Part shown: piece after piece, positions 1 through 7,584 of the stretch
Layout: every line of letters starts with the position of its first letter
Position numbering within the stretch: the first letter of the stretch is position 1
Virus record (IMG/VR): IMGVR_UViG_2541047905_000022
DNA: 15,112 bases
DNA from: a virus
Lineage: Duplodnaviria; Heunggongvirae; Uroviricota; Caudoviricetes
Strand: one strand, 5' to 3'
Made by a program: the position numbers and the translations under genes
Notes under the pieces: generated by a model
The model's database searches: none
What the model was told of the DNA's origin: nothing
What the model saw: only the letters and a program-made list of their open reading frames with translations

Positions 1-798
1 TTAATGAACATTCGTCGCCGAAAACGAGTCTGTATCATTAGCGTGATGCAGTCTCTGCAAAGGATCTTGTTGATAAAATTGACAGAAACGTTGCCACAAT
101 GAAGGGAAACGAGGAGCAAAAAGTTCTGGGGCGCTAAAGAAATATTCAGAAAGTACGGCAAAACATTCAGCAGGATCACTGGCAGCATAAGCATCAATGC
201 TCGCCGCATTCTCACCAACTAATTCGATTTCTTCCTGAATGTTGTTCATTGCAGCATGAAGATCGTGTTCCCAGCCAGCAACCTCACGCAACGAAATAAA
301 GGGAACTCCGCTGGCGCGATCGCCGTTACGGGTGTCCAGCTTATGAGCGACTTCATGAATAATCAGGTTAAAACCAGAAGCATCAAAAGAATCTTGTATA
401 TCCAACCAGTTCAAAACGATAGGCCCTTGCTGCCAGCTCTGACCTGACTGAACAATACGTTGGTTATGCACCAGACCGATATCGTCTTCCCATTCATCAT
501 CGACCACAAATGGCGCAGGATAAATTAAGACTTCATGAAAACCATCCAGCCATTCCAGTCCTAACTCCAGAACGGGCAGGCAAAATAGAAGTGCTATCCG
601 GCAGCTTCTTAATGAATTCAGCTCAAAGCCCTGTAAAGGAACAAGCCGTTTTTGCTGTAAAAAACGTTCGGCAAGAGCGACCAATTTGCTTTGTTCCTGT
701 TCTGTCAGACACGTTAAAAGGGGGATCGATAGTGCTTCCTGCCAGGGAAGGGCAGTTTGATGTGCTGATTCTTGTACTTTCCAGGGCCACTTAATCAT
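1..798 (-). CDS. mtfA: Mlc titration factor A (MtfA/YeeI), 265 aa
   Basis: ORF 1..837 minus; from the internal Met the product reads [23 protein letters not shown]..., which I recognise as the enterobacterial MtfA N-terminus; HEVAHKLD metallopeptidase-like motif present; stop TAA at 3..1. Start placed at the ATG at 798 rather than the ORF-track start at 837. Confidence 0.9.
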   Translation of the reverse strand: MIKWPWKVQESAHQTALPWQEALSIPLLTCLTEQEQSKLVALAERFLQQKRLVPLQGFELNSLRSCRIALLFCLPVLELGLEWLDGFHEVLIYPAPFVVDDEWEDDIGLVHNQRIVQSGQSWQQGPIVLNWLDIQDSFDASGFNLIIHEVAHKLDTRNGDRASGVPFISLREVAGWEHDLHAAMNNIQEEIELVGENAASIDAYAASDPAECFAVLSEYFFSAPELFAPRFPSLWQRFCQFYQQDPLQRLHHANDTDSFSATNVH

Positions 799-891
799 CG
801 TTTTGCTCGCAAACTCGTCACTTGAACAAAATTGCACGGACAGGGACTGTTAAAATGCCAAATTTCCTGGCATCATGGCAACCATCTGAAC

Positions 892-981
892 GGAGAGATG
901 CCGGAGCGGCTGAACGGACCGGTCTCGAAAACCGGAGTGGGGGCAACTCCACCGGGGGTTCAAATCCCCCTCTCTCCGCCA
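892..981 (+). tRNA. serU: tRNA-Ser (anticodon CGA), 90 nt including encoded CCA
   Basis: Acceptor stem GGAGAGA (892-898) pairs with TCTCTCC followed by G-CCA (979-981); anticodon stem CCGGT/ACCGG with 7-nt loop CTCGAAA, anticodon CGA at 926-928; long variable arm typical of class II tRNA-Ser; TTCAAATCC T-loop. Confidence 0.9.
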
Positions 982-1026
982 AAATTCAATCACTTACACA
1001 TCATTAAGTCAGTGACAAAAATCACA

Positions 1027-1062
1027 CTTGGAATTACTTGGAATATTTTCTTGGAATATTTT
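1027..1062. repeat. Tandem direct repeats CTTGGAAT(A/T)(A/T)TT at the attL-proximal end of the integrase gene (possible arm-type integrase binding sites)
   Basis: CTTGGAATTA (1027-1036) followed by two perfect copies of CTTGGAATATTTT (1037-1049, 1050-1062); these overlap the last codons and stop of the integrase gene, immediately next to the tRNA 3' end. Confidence 0.4.
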
Positions 1063-2059
1063 CAGGTAACGGGACATCAAGTGTTGGTGAAACTTTAACC
1101 TTCCTGTCATAGATTAGCACTTGCCCTTCGGTTTTGTGACCAGAGAAAAGTTGCTTATCCCGGCTGCTTCCTTCATAGTCTGAAATTCCTTTCGCCTTCA
1201 GATCATGAAAGGTGAAGTCGGTTAAAATACCTGAAATTTTTCCAGCACGATTTCTTGCTTCTACCCACATTTCGTTAAAGCCTTTGTACATATATCGGTT
1301 GCCGTATTGATTGCTGATCACATAGGCAGATTTTGGTAACTGTTTTGCTTTTTCGATCGCTGCCTGTAATCGTGGACTCCATGCTTTTATCTGTTTTTTT
1401 CCGGTTTTCCCTTGCTGGATGAATATCCCGTCGTTTCCAATCTGTTCCCATTTCAGCGATAACACATCGGAAACCCTCGCTGCACACAGATAGGCAATTT
1501 CCATTGCGATAAAAACAGGAAGAGGTGCAACGCTTAATACTGCCTGGTATTCTTTGTCGGTTACATATCGTTCGCGGTTTTTGGCCTTGAATTTACTTAC
1601 ACCTGCACATGGGTTAGCCTTGACGTACCCTCGCTCATACCCCCAACTGTAAACACGGGACATACTGCTTTTTTCATGGTTGGCTTGCGTTTTACTCTGC
1701 TCCCCTCTTTTGTCCATGTATCGACGGATGTGTTCTGGTTTTATGGAATCCGCTGGTACCTTACCGAATACGGCAAGCAACTTTTTTTGATGTTGCAGAT
1801 AATCTTTTTGTGTTCTTGGACTAAGGTCACTGTAACAGGCGCTGGCGAGGAATTTTTCCCACAAGCGACCGAATGTCATTGCACGATCGCGATTATTTAC
1901 AGTTTCCTCATACTTTTTCCATAAAGCAGCTAAACCATCCTTGATGGCGGTTAGTGTGACAGATTCTCTGGATGTTGGTTTCCATACATAACTATATTTA
2001 TTTGGGTATACATTTGGAGGTAATTTTTCGTGTTCAGGATTTTTCCTTCGTCTTCCCAT
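1034..2059 (-). CDS. int: Phage integrase, tyrosine recombinase family, 341 aa
   Basis: ORF track 1034..2059; C-terminal half carries a tyrosine-recombinase-like signature (CAARVSDVLSLKWEQI ... FTFHDLKAKG ... VLIYDRK); gene ends 52 bp from the tRNA 3' end and points toward it, the classic tRNA-attL-int arrangement. Confidence 0.9.
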   Translation of the reverse strand: MGRRRKNPEHEKLPPNVYPNKYSYVWKPTSRESVTLTAIKDGLAALWKKYEETVNNRDRAMTFGRLWEKFLASACYSDLSPRTQKDYLQHQKKLLAVFGKVPADSIKPEHIRRYMDKRGEQSKTQANHEKSSMSRVYSWGYERGYVKANPCAGVSKFKAKNRERYVTDKEYQAVLSVAPLPVFIAMEIAYLCAARVSDVLSLKWEQIGNDGIFIQQGKTGKKQIKAWSPRLQAAIEKAKQLPKSAYVISNQYGNRYMYKGFNEMWVEARNRAGKISGILTDFTFHDLKAKGISDYEGSSRDKQLFSGHKTEGQVLIYDRKVKVSPTLDVPLPENIPRKYSK

Positions 2060-2262
2060 CAGATCGCACCAAAATTCGGCTCTACCTCGCGTGGTGGTAA
2101 AGTTTTATTGCAGGTAAATAGATCCCGGCTGACAATCGGTTTGCCACTACGATTGGTATAGAACGGAAGCCCGTTTTCCATTAACCATTTTCGCTGGTGG
2201 CTTGCATATTTGCAGCCCGTTAATATTAGCAATTCATCTTCGGTTAAAAATAAGCTGCTCAT
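2059..2262 (-). CDS. Excisionase-like DUF4224-type small protein, 67 aa
   Basis: ORF 2059..2262; sequence LTEDELLILTGCKYASHQRKWLMENGLPFYTNRSGKPIVSRDLF fits the DUF4224 pattern (LT.EEL..LTG....Q..WL...G.PF..N..G.P.V.R) usually found directly upstream of phage integrases; its stop overlaps the int start by 1 nt. Confidence 0.7.
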   Translation of the reverse strand: MSSLFLTEDELLILTGCKYASHQRKWLMENGLPFYTNRSGKPIVSRDLFTCNKTLPPREVEPNFGAI

Positions 2263-2320
2263 AGCTATATCTCATAACCGCCGCTAACTATATACGGTTA
2301 GCGGCAATTAGGGTTGAACA

Positions 2321-4795
2321 TTAAAAATCAGCCTGACTCGGGATCAGTTTTTGCCAGATAGCTGAAACGTATTTTGCCTGGTAACGAGCGTCATCAAGTG
2401 CATTATGGCGCTCACCTTCGAATGGAATAGCCGTTCTGGCATCGAAGTCTATGGCTTTCCCCAGCTCAACGATTGTGCGTACATCGCGATCGTTGTAGTA
2501 ACGCCACGGGCAGGGGATCCCCTGCCGTTCGTATGAACGGCGCAAAATCGTGTTGTCGAAGTTGGCTCCATTTCCCCAGACCTGAACAAAAAATTCACCG
2601 GAGTTTTCGTCGATAAATTCCCGCAATTGTAACAGTGCATCATCTAACGGGATTTCATCGGTCATAATGGCAGATTGCGCTTCGCGTGATTGCTTAAGCC
2701 ACCATTTAATGGTGTCCCGATCAATGACCCCGCCAGCAGTTTCCAGATCGATAGTCTTACTAAATTCCGGTCCCATATCTCCGGTTTGCGGATCGAAAAA
2801 TATTGCACCTATTGAGATGATCGGGGCATCAGGATTTTTTCCCATGGTTTCAAGGTCGATCATTAGATGGTCACACGTCCTGCTGGTGGATGTGATTTCT
2901 TGATGACCGTTCACCTTAATTGAGTGATCTGCCGTCTCGCCAGTTTCATTATCGCTATCGTGATGCTGATTGCCGCCAGTGTTCTCCTTGTGTGGATGTT
3001 CAGCGCCTTCCATTTCCTCCGGATCATCTTCCTGAACTTCAACCTGATACTCTTCATCGAATGTTTCCTGGTATGTTGCGTCGCCCATCACCGCGCCACA
3101 ATCAGGGTAGTTGCCGCCGCCGGTCTGACCGCAGGCGGTGCAGACTTTTTCCACTTCCTGTTGCGCCACTGGTTCAGGATGTTTCGTTTCTGGCTCGTTT
3201 TGTAACGCATTTGGGCTGTTTTGTTCCGCTTTCTGGCCGTTCTGTTCCGTTTCTTGCTGGTTCTGATTCACTGAATCGCGGGTTTCAATCCCCTTCACCC
3301 ATTTCGGATCATTCGGGTCGCTAATCCCTGCAACAAATTCACCACGTGATACAGCAAGCAACTTATTGGCGTCAGGCTGGCTGATATTGGCTGCCTGCAT
3401 AATTTTGTTTACTTCGTCAGCGGTAACTTTTACCGGCTCTGGTTGTGCGATCGTGTCAGATGCACCAGTATTTTGTTGTGAACCTGAGTACGTGCCGTTT
3501 TTACGTGCGAAGTATTCCTCTTTTGTGATTTCCGTAGCTCCCAGGGCCAGTGCTTTTTCCAGACCAGAAAGTTTGTTTGCGCGACCGTATTTTTCGCCGT
3601 CCTTATCGGTGAAAAGGAAGTAGAACGGTCCCTCACGCTCTACAGATGGTTCGTCTTCCACTTCGCATTCGGTTTTTTCGTTGTCCGGCATTGCCGTTTC
3701 CACTGCATCAGTTTCTGGTACTGGTGACGGGAGAGTACCAGCTGTGCCCTGATTTGTTCCTTCGTCATCTTCAAACACGCCCTTGGTAGTCAGGTATTCA
3801 GTGATGTATTTGTTCAGTGCTACGGGATCTTTGTGAATGTCGATCGGACGCTCACGGACAAGGCCAAAAATAGTCTGACGGTCGTAGCGAACGGCATCGG
3901 GTTGTTTGCGCATTGATGCGGAAATGCGCTTCCAGTCTTCGCGATCTTTGTCGATAACTTCATTTTTTGCCCGGCGATGGATGCTGCCGTCAATGTTTCC
4001 GGTATCAATATCGCCAGGCCAGAGAGCGTAGGCCAGTTCTTCATCCAGCGTTTTCCATGTCTGCTTGTATTCGCGACAAATGGCGGCAGTGACTGGGTTG
4101 ATTTTTCCTGCTGAGTTTTCAGTGTGCTGTTGATTGACTCTGGCGCGGGCGAGATCAACAACAGACGTGTATTTTCCAGTCTCTTTGCGCTCTGCGTCCT
4201 GCCGTTTTTTCCAGTTACGTAATTCAGCCTGAATTTCTGGCCATTTGGCACCCGGATTACATTTGTGTTTAACCCATCCGATAGCGAACAGTTTGCGTTC
4301 CGGATACATAGCGTTAATTTCAGGCGTTTTCATCAGTGCTTCAACGATATGCCCGTCAAAGGTAGCAACGTCTTCCTGCAGTAATTCCTGCGCGTCAATC
4401 GCCATATCAACGGTGATGTTTTCACATGTACCGAACTTAACCAGGACCGCGTTCTGTACTTCAAGGGACAGCTTGTCAAAATTGACGTTCATCGGATCGG
4501 ATTCTGGTTCGACCGGAATAAAGGAAGCGGATTCCTCATCCCAGCGGTTTTCCTGCATATATTCAGCATCCCAGGAATCGAGGGCAGGGCGGGGTATGCC
4601 GGGTTTATCCTCGCAAACAAGAAATTTATAAGCGCAGTCCTGAGCAGCCGGATAATGTTCCAGGAATTGCCAGTGAAATTTTGCGCGGGCGCGACGTTCA
4701 TCACCGGCTTCAATGGCAGTGGCCACCGCAACAGCGCTATCTTCTTTTATGGCCTGTTCGTCAGGAATAGCAGCGCAAATAAAGATTTTACTCAT
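2321..4795 (-). CDS. Large phage protein (824 aa) with C-terminal DnaQ-like DEDDh 3'-5' exonuclease domain
   Basis: ORF 2321..4795; C-terminal ~180 aa carry exonuclease motifs MIDLETMG (Exo I), VWGNGANFDNTIL (Exo II), ERHNALDDARYQAKY (Exo III, DEDDh type); central acidic/Q-rich low-complexity linker and a Cys cluster CTACGQTGGGNYPDCG; GAGG Shine-Dalgarno 10 nt upstream of the ATG at 4795. Confidence 0.85.
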   Translation of the reverse strand: MSKIFICAAIPDEQAIKEDSAVAVATAIEAGDERRARAKFHWQFLEHYPAAQDCAYKFLVCEDKPGIPRPALDSWDAEYMQENRWDEESASFIPVEPESDPMNVNFDKLSLEVQNAVLVKFGTCENITVDMAIDAQELLQEDVATFDGHIVEALMKTPEINAMYPERKLFAIGWVKHKCNPGAKWPEIQAELRNWKKRQDAERKETGKYTSVVDLARARVNQQHTENSAGKINPVTAAICREYKQTWKTLDEELAYALWPGDIDTGNIDGSIHRRAKNEVIDKDREDWKRISASMRKQPDAVRYDRQTIFGLVRERPIDIHKDPVALNKYITEYLTTKGVFEDDEGTNQGTAGTLPSPVPETDAVETAMPDNEKTECEVEDEPSVEREGPFYFLFTDKDGEKYGRANKLSGLEKALALGATEITKEEYFARKNGTYSGSQQNTGASDTIAQPEPVKVTADEVNKIMQAANISQPDANKLLAVSRGEFVAGISDPNDPKWVKGIETRDSVNQNQQETEQNGQKAEQNSPNALQNEPETKHPEPVAQQEVEKVCTACGQTGGGNYPDCGAVMGDATYQETFDEEYQVEVQEDDPEEMEGAEHPHKENTGGNQHHDSDNETGETADHSIKVNGHQEITSTSRTCDHLMIDLETMGKNPDAPIISIGAIFFDPQTGDMGPEFSKTIDLETAGGVIDRDTIKWWLKQSREAQSAIMTDEIPLDDALLQLREFIDENSGEFFVQVWGNGANFDNTILRRSYERQGIPCPWRYYNDRDVRTIVELGKAIDFDARTAIPFEGERHNALDDARYQAKYVSAIWQKLIPSQADF

Positions 4796-4890
4796 TGTGT
4801 TTTAACCTCATTACAGATTTCAGGGTGAACGAATCCCTGCCATTGCTGGCATTTTTAATCCGTTGGTATGGCGTTAATATGGCTGGCGGG

Positions 4891-5079
4891 TTATCCAGCC
4901 GGTATTTCGTTATTCAGGTTCAGCGATACTTTTTTTAACGGGAGGCATTCACCGGGGATTTTTTGTTCGTCCCTTACCTGAATGCAGGATGACTTACTGT
5001 CATAAATTCCGGTAATCACATTTTGTGGCTCACCCGTTATAAGAAAAACGGTCATCACCAGTGCAAATGCTGAAGTCAC
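4891..5079 (-). CDS. ydfD: YdfD-like small membrane protein (Qin-type dicB operon), 62 aa
   Basis: ORF 4891..5079; hydrophobic N-terminus SAFALVMTVFLITG, KIPGE and EIPAG motifs as I recall for YdfD; start (GTG at 5079) overlaps the dicB stop, implying translational coupling; an alternative ATG start is at 5055. Confidence 0.6.
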   Translation of the reverse strand: MTSAFALVMTVFLITGEPQNVITGIYDSKSSCIQVRDEQKIPGECLPLKKVSLNLNNEIPAG

Positions 5080-5264
5080 TGCTGTTCTCCGATAATACCA
5101 AGTTCAAGAAGGGCAATTCTGGAAAGTATGGAATTATCATTGAGAAGATAAGGTTCATATTTTCTCATCTTAATGGCATCTTCCGTAAACTCCCGGTTAC
5201 TGAGCAGAACACCAATATCAAAACAACCTTCAGACGTATTAACGTTTGGTAGTGACGTTTCCAT
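5076..5264 (-). CDS. dicB: Cell division inhibitor DicB homolog, 62 aa
   Basis: ORF 5076..5264; N-terminal half SLPNVNTSEGCFDIGV..FTEDAI closely matches my recollection of E. coli DicB (LPNVNTSEGCFEIGV...FTEDAI); GAGGA Shine-Dalgarno 7 nt upstream of the ATG; lies downstream of DicF in the same leftward operon. Confidence 0.85.
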   Translation of the reverse strand: METSLPNVNTSEGCFDIGVLLSNREFTEDAIKMRKYEPYLLNDNSILSRIALLELGIIGEQQ

Positions 5265-5274
5265 TATCGCGTCC

Positions 5275-5832
5275 TCAACAATGAATTTTTAGCAATTGCT
5301 CCACAGTCATATTTTTAATTGCGCTCCGGTTTACAAGAGTCCATCCTTGTTTCTCCAGATAAAACCGGAAGGTATCCAGGGTGCAGACCATTGCGCCGTC
5401 AGGAACGGTTTCAGTGAATTTGATATTGCCGTGTTCGTCGAGACGGATAACCAGGGTGCGTCCGTCCCCGTGAATCATTTTGTCGGGAGACGGGGCGTTA
5501 TTCTGGCGCAGTTCTGCTTCCATGCGGTCGAACTCAGCAATGTATGCCTCTTTAAATGCAGCGGCTTTTTTGCCAGTGAAGCCCATCACCAGGAAAACGA
5601 AGCCGTTTTTGGTGATTTGGTACATTGGGAGTTTGCGCCCGGTTGAGTCGGTGTATTCGCTTGACACAAAATTGTGCTCAGTGAATTTTGCTGAACAGTC
5701 CAGATTGCGAATTTTATCCAACACTCGTTCGTGGCGTTTGCCAAAGAACTCGGCGATCGCAACAGACGTAGTGACAGCGCGACCATTTTCGATGGTTACG
5801 TCAGGGTGAGAAAGGGTAAGGATAGTAGCCAT
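5275..5832 (-). CDS. rha: Phage regulatory protein Rha family, 185 aa
   Basis: ORF 5275..5889 trimmed to the internal ATG at 5832, which has a GGAGG Shine-Dalgarno 8 nt upstream; N-terminal domain MATILTLSHPDVTIENGRAVTTSVAIAEFFGKRHERVLDKIRNL... is the characteristic Rha fold sequence. Confidence 0.85.
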   Translation of the reverse strand: MATILTLSHPDVTIENGRAVTTSVAIAEFFGKRHERVLDKIRNLDCSAKFTEHNFVSSEYTDSTGRKLPMYQITKNGFVFLVMGFTGKKAAAFKEAYIAEFDRMEAELRQNNAPSPDKMIHGDGRTLVIRLDEHGNIKFTETVPDGAMVCTLDTFRFYLEKQGWTLVNRSAIKNMTVEQLLKIHC

Positions 5833-6002
5833 GATGGCAGCCTCCGCGATGAATTTGATTAACTCACCACCGAGGTTTTCCACGACCATAAGGGTGGTGA
5901 GACGTACAGGGGTGGAAAATACCGGTCATCACGGAACCCGGCCAGCCTTGCGGCTGCCCTGCACGCCCCACCATAATGCGAATGTGGCTGTGCTTAACGC
6001 AT

Positions 6003-6025
6003 AAAAAAACCGCCTGAGCGCGGTT
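6003..6025 (-). terminator. Rho-independent terminator (minus strand) between DicF and rha
   Basis: On the minus strand: stem ACCGC - loop GCTCAG - GCGGT followed by a run of 7 U (plus-strand A7 at 6003-6009). Confidence 0.5.
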
Positions 6026-6318
6026 ATGCGCCGTGAATGATTTCGGGTTTCCACGCCCGGCACCCGTTTTATGAGGTGCAGGTGCACTATAATTCCACCC
6101 GTTCTGGTTTTCAATAGCTACATTCAACATTTTCTCTACCTTTCATCACCGAAGTGAACTTTGTTGATGCGGTGCCTGGTGCCTCCAGGTGACGTTAACC
6201 AGTTAACAATTAACGTCGGATACAGAGCATTCCCGTTACGCCCGTAAAAGACCGCTTGTTTTAACTGTTCCGCGTGCGCTGAGCCGCATTCACCGCATCA
6301 CAAAATTCACTTTAAAAA

Positions 6319-6371
6319 GGGCGGCAGAGCAGTCACGGAGTAGAACTGATACCGCCAAAAGTCACCAGAAA
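6319..6371 (-). ncRNA. dicF: DicF small regulatory RNA (ftsZ-targeting antisense sRNA of dicB-type prophage operons)
   Basis: Minus-strand sequence TTTCTGGTGACTTTTGGCGGTATCAGTTCTACTCCGTGACTGCTCTGCCGCCC followed by TTTTT differs at only 2 of 53 positions from the E. coli K-12 DicF sequence as I recall it; located upstream of dicB as expected. Confidence 0.85.
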
Positions 6372-6709
6372 ATTGATAACAGAGGGCGTTGCAGCGGGGT
6401 TGTCACTTAAGCGTATGGTCAACCTGACAACCCGGTGTCCTCAACGGGGAAGGAATAACCCCGTCATACTTACCGCCGCGCCATTTCGCGGAGTGTCACA
6501 ACCGGAAGCGCACGGTCGACGAAAATTTAACGACAGGCTATCTATGAACCAGCTACCTCGCCGTGCGCTTTCGCGTTATGGTCTGACTTTTCATGGAAAT
6601 ATCCTTTCAGTAAACTGTCAGTGCCGGATTCTTATCCGTGTCCGGCGCACGACCACACGCTGTCACGAGAGGTCTCCATTCTCAACCAGTAACCTCAATG
6701 GAGGATAAA

Positions 6710-6904
6710 ATGTCAGAGCAGGAGTTAAAACTTGGTGCATGTTATTGTGTTCTCAAGGAGCTGGTACACATGCTTCCATCTACTCAGTATCAACAGTTAG
6801 TTGGCAATTTAAATCAGCGAATCGAAGCTATGTTAAAATCTGATGGTTTTAATAACGTAGAAACGCTGATGCTAAAAAGATATCTTGATGGATTAATCAG
6901 ATAA
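6710..6904 (+). CDS. Hypothetical small protein, 64 aa, encoded antisense to the leftward dicB-type operon
   Basis: ATG at 6710 with a GGAGG Shine-Dalgarno 5 nt upstream (6700-6704); ORF MSEQELKLGACYCVLKELVHMLPSTQYQQLVGNLNQRIEAMLKSDGFNNVETLMLKRYLDGLIR; AT-rich codon usage; its 3' end overlaps the convergent 116-aa gene by 12 nt. No recognised family. Confidence 0.4.
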   Translation: MSEQELKLGACYCVLKELVHMLPSTQYQQLVGNLNQRIEAMLKSDGFNNVETLMLKRYLDGLIR

Positions 6905-7243
6905 CATTTTTTTACGGCGTTCATATTCGTTAATATTTATGAAGCCTGTTGCCAGAAGCAGTTCGTTAATTTCATGGTTGTTTGGCTGTTTCTGGCTCTT
7001 TGAACTGGGATCTTCCACTTCTTTTTCTGCAAATTGTTTTGCTGTATCCTCTGTGCCATGGATATTTAAAGCTGTATCTGAAAACAGCCCAGTAAACGCA
7101 TCGCGCACATTACGAGCCATATTATCAGTGTCTTTTTTTGTTACCGATTCCAATTCAAGTTCGTTCAGACGATGACGAAGTGTGTGTGCTGCAATCTCCT
7201 GGATTGAAGGAGGTAAATCTTTAAATTCCATCGTCAACCTCAT
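6893..7243 (-). CDS. YdfB/YdfC-like uncharacterized protein (dicB-type operon), 116 aa (112 aa if started at ATG 7231)
   Basis: ORF 6893..7243; start overlaps the stop of the upstream small gene (coupling); an internal ATG at 7231 has a GAGG Shine-Dalgarno. Sequence EFKDLPPSIQEIAAHTLRHRLNELE resembles what I recall of Qin YdfB. Confidence 0.65.
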   Translation of the reverse strand: MRLTMEFKDLPPSIQEIAAHTLRHRLNELELESVTKKDTDNMARNVRDAFTGLFSDTALNIHGTEDTAKQFAEKEVEDPSSKSQKQPNNHEINELLLATGFININEYERRKKMLSD

Positions 7244-7395
7244 CAGTCGGAGTTTCTTGCTAACCAGCGACGCGCGCCAGCTTCGGTTTTAAACGTTTTG
7301 CTTTTGGTATACGTCATGGCGGTGAATGTGCCGTCCTGGTTGGGGAACACACCACATACCAGAGATTCGCTGTTGCCAAGATCGATAGTATCCAT
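7243..7395 (-). CDS. YdfA-like small protein, 50 aa
   Basis: ATG at 7395 preceded by GAGG (5-nt spacing); product MDTIDLGNSESLVCGVFPNQDGTFTAMTYTKSKTFKTEAGARRWLARNSD. The ORF-track 85-aa version requires a TTG start at 7500 that sits inside the predicted leftward promoter/operator, so I prefer the 50-aa form. Confidence 0.6.
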   Translation of the reverse strand: MDTIDLGNSESLVCGVFPNQDGTFTAMTYTKSKTFKTEAGARRWLARNSD

Positions 7396-7463
7396 GCTGA
7401 CCTCATTACCCCTTAACGCCGGGTAGCGGAACTGTTTGCTGAGAACACCGTGCGGTGTCTTGA

Positions 7464-7584
7464 TGGGTGGTAATTTAGTTTTCTCATGAATGTTGGTCAA
7501 GCATTTTTAATGAGAAAACTCAATATTTAATGCAAAATAAAGCCAATACATTGAAATGTAAGGCTTTAAAATTTGTGAAGGGGG
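7464..7584 (-). promoter_or_regulatory. Leftward early promoter/operator region (PL-like) downstream of the repressor gene
   Basis: Minus-strand -35 TTGACC (7499..7494), 17-nt spacer, -10 TAAATT (7476..7471); operator-like motif TGAGAAAACTCAA at 7511-7523 and an inverted near-copy (CATGAGAAAACTA on the minus strand) at 7476-7488 lying in the spacer. Confidence 0.45.

Noticed and set aside
256-794. Plus-strand ORFs 256..447 and 510..794 antisense to mtfA
   Set aside because: Shadow ORFs opposite a well-recognised core gene.
822-1098. Plus-strand ORFs 822..1007 and 832..1098 spanning the tRNA
   Set aside because: They overlap a clear tRNA-Ser gene and the integrase 3' end; translated sequences are low-complexity artefacts.
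2449-4731. Multiple 60-140-aa ORFs on both strands inside the 824-aa exonuclease gene (for example 2920..3324, 3820..4251, 4245..4631)
   Set aside because: All are embedded in or antisense to a long ORF with recognisable exonuclease motifs and have Arg/Ser/Cys-rich composition typical of shadow ORFs.
5864-6130. 88-aa minus-strand ORF between DicF and rha
   Set aside because: Reads through the predicted terminator hairpin at 6003-6025, has G/P/H-rich low-complexity composition typical of chance ORFs in GC-rich non-coding DNA, and overlaps the rha start region.
6373-6708. 111-aa plus-strand ORF
   Set aside because: Arg-rich junk-like composition, no Shine-Dalgarno, and it lies over the DicF precursor region on the opposite strand; likely spurious.
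7396-7500. N-terminal extension of the ydfA-like ORF to a TTG start at 7500 (85-aa version)
   Set aside because: Requires a TTG start lying inside the predicted leftward promoter/operator, whereas the internal ATG at 7395 has a proper GAGG Shine-Dalgarno and gives a 50-aa product.
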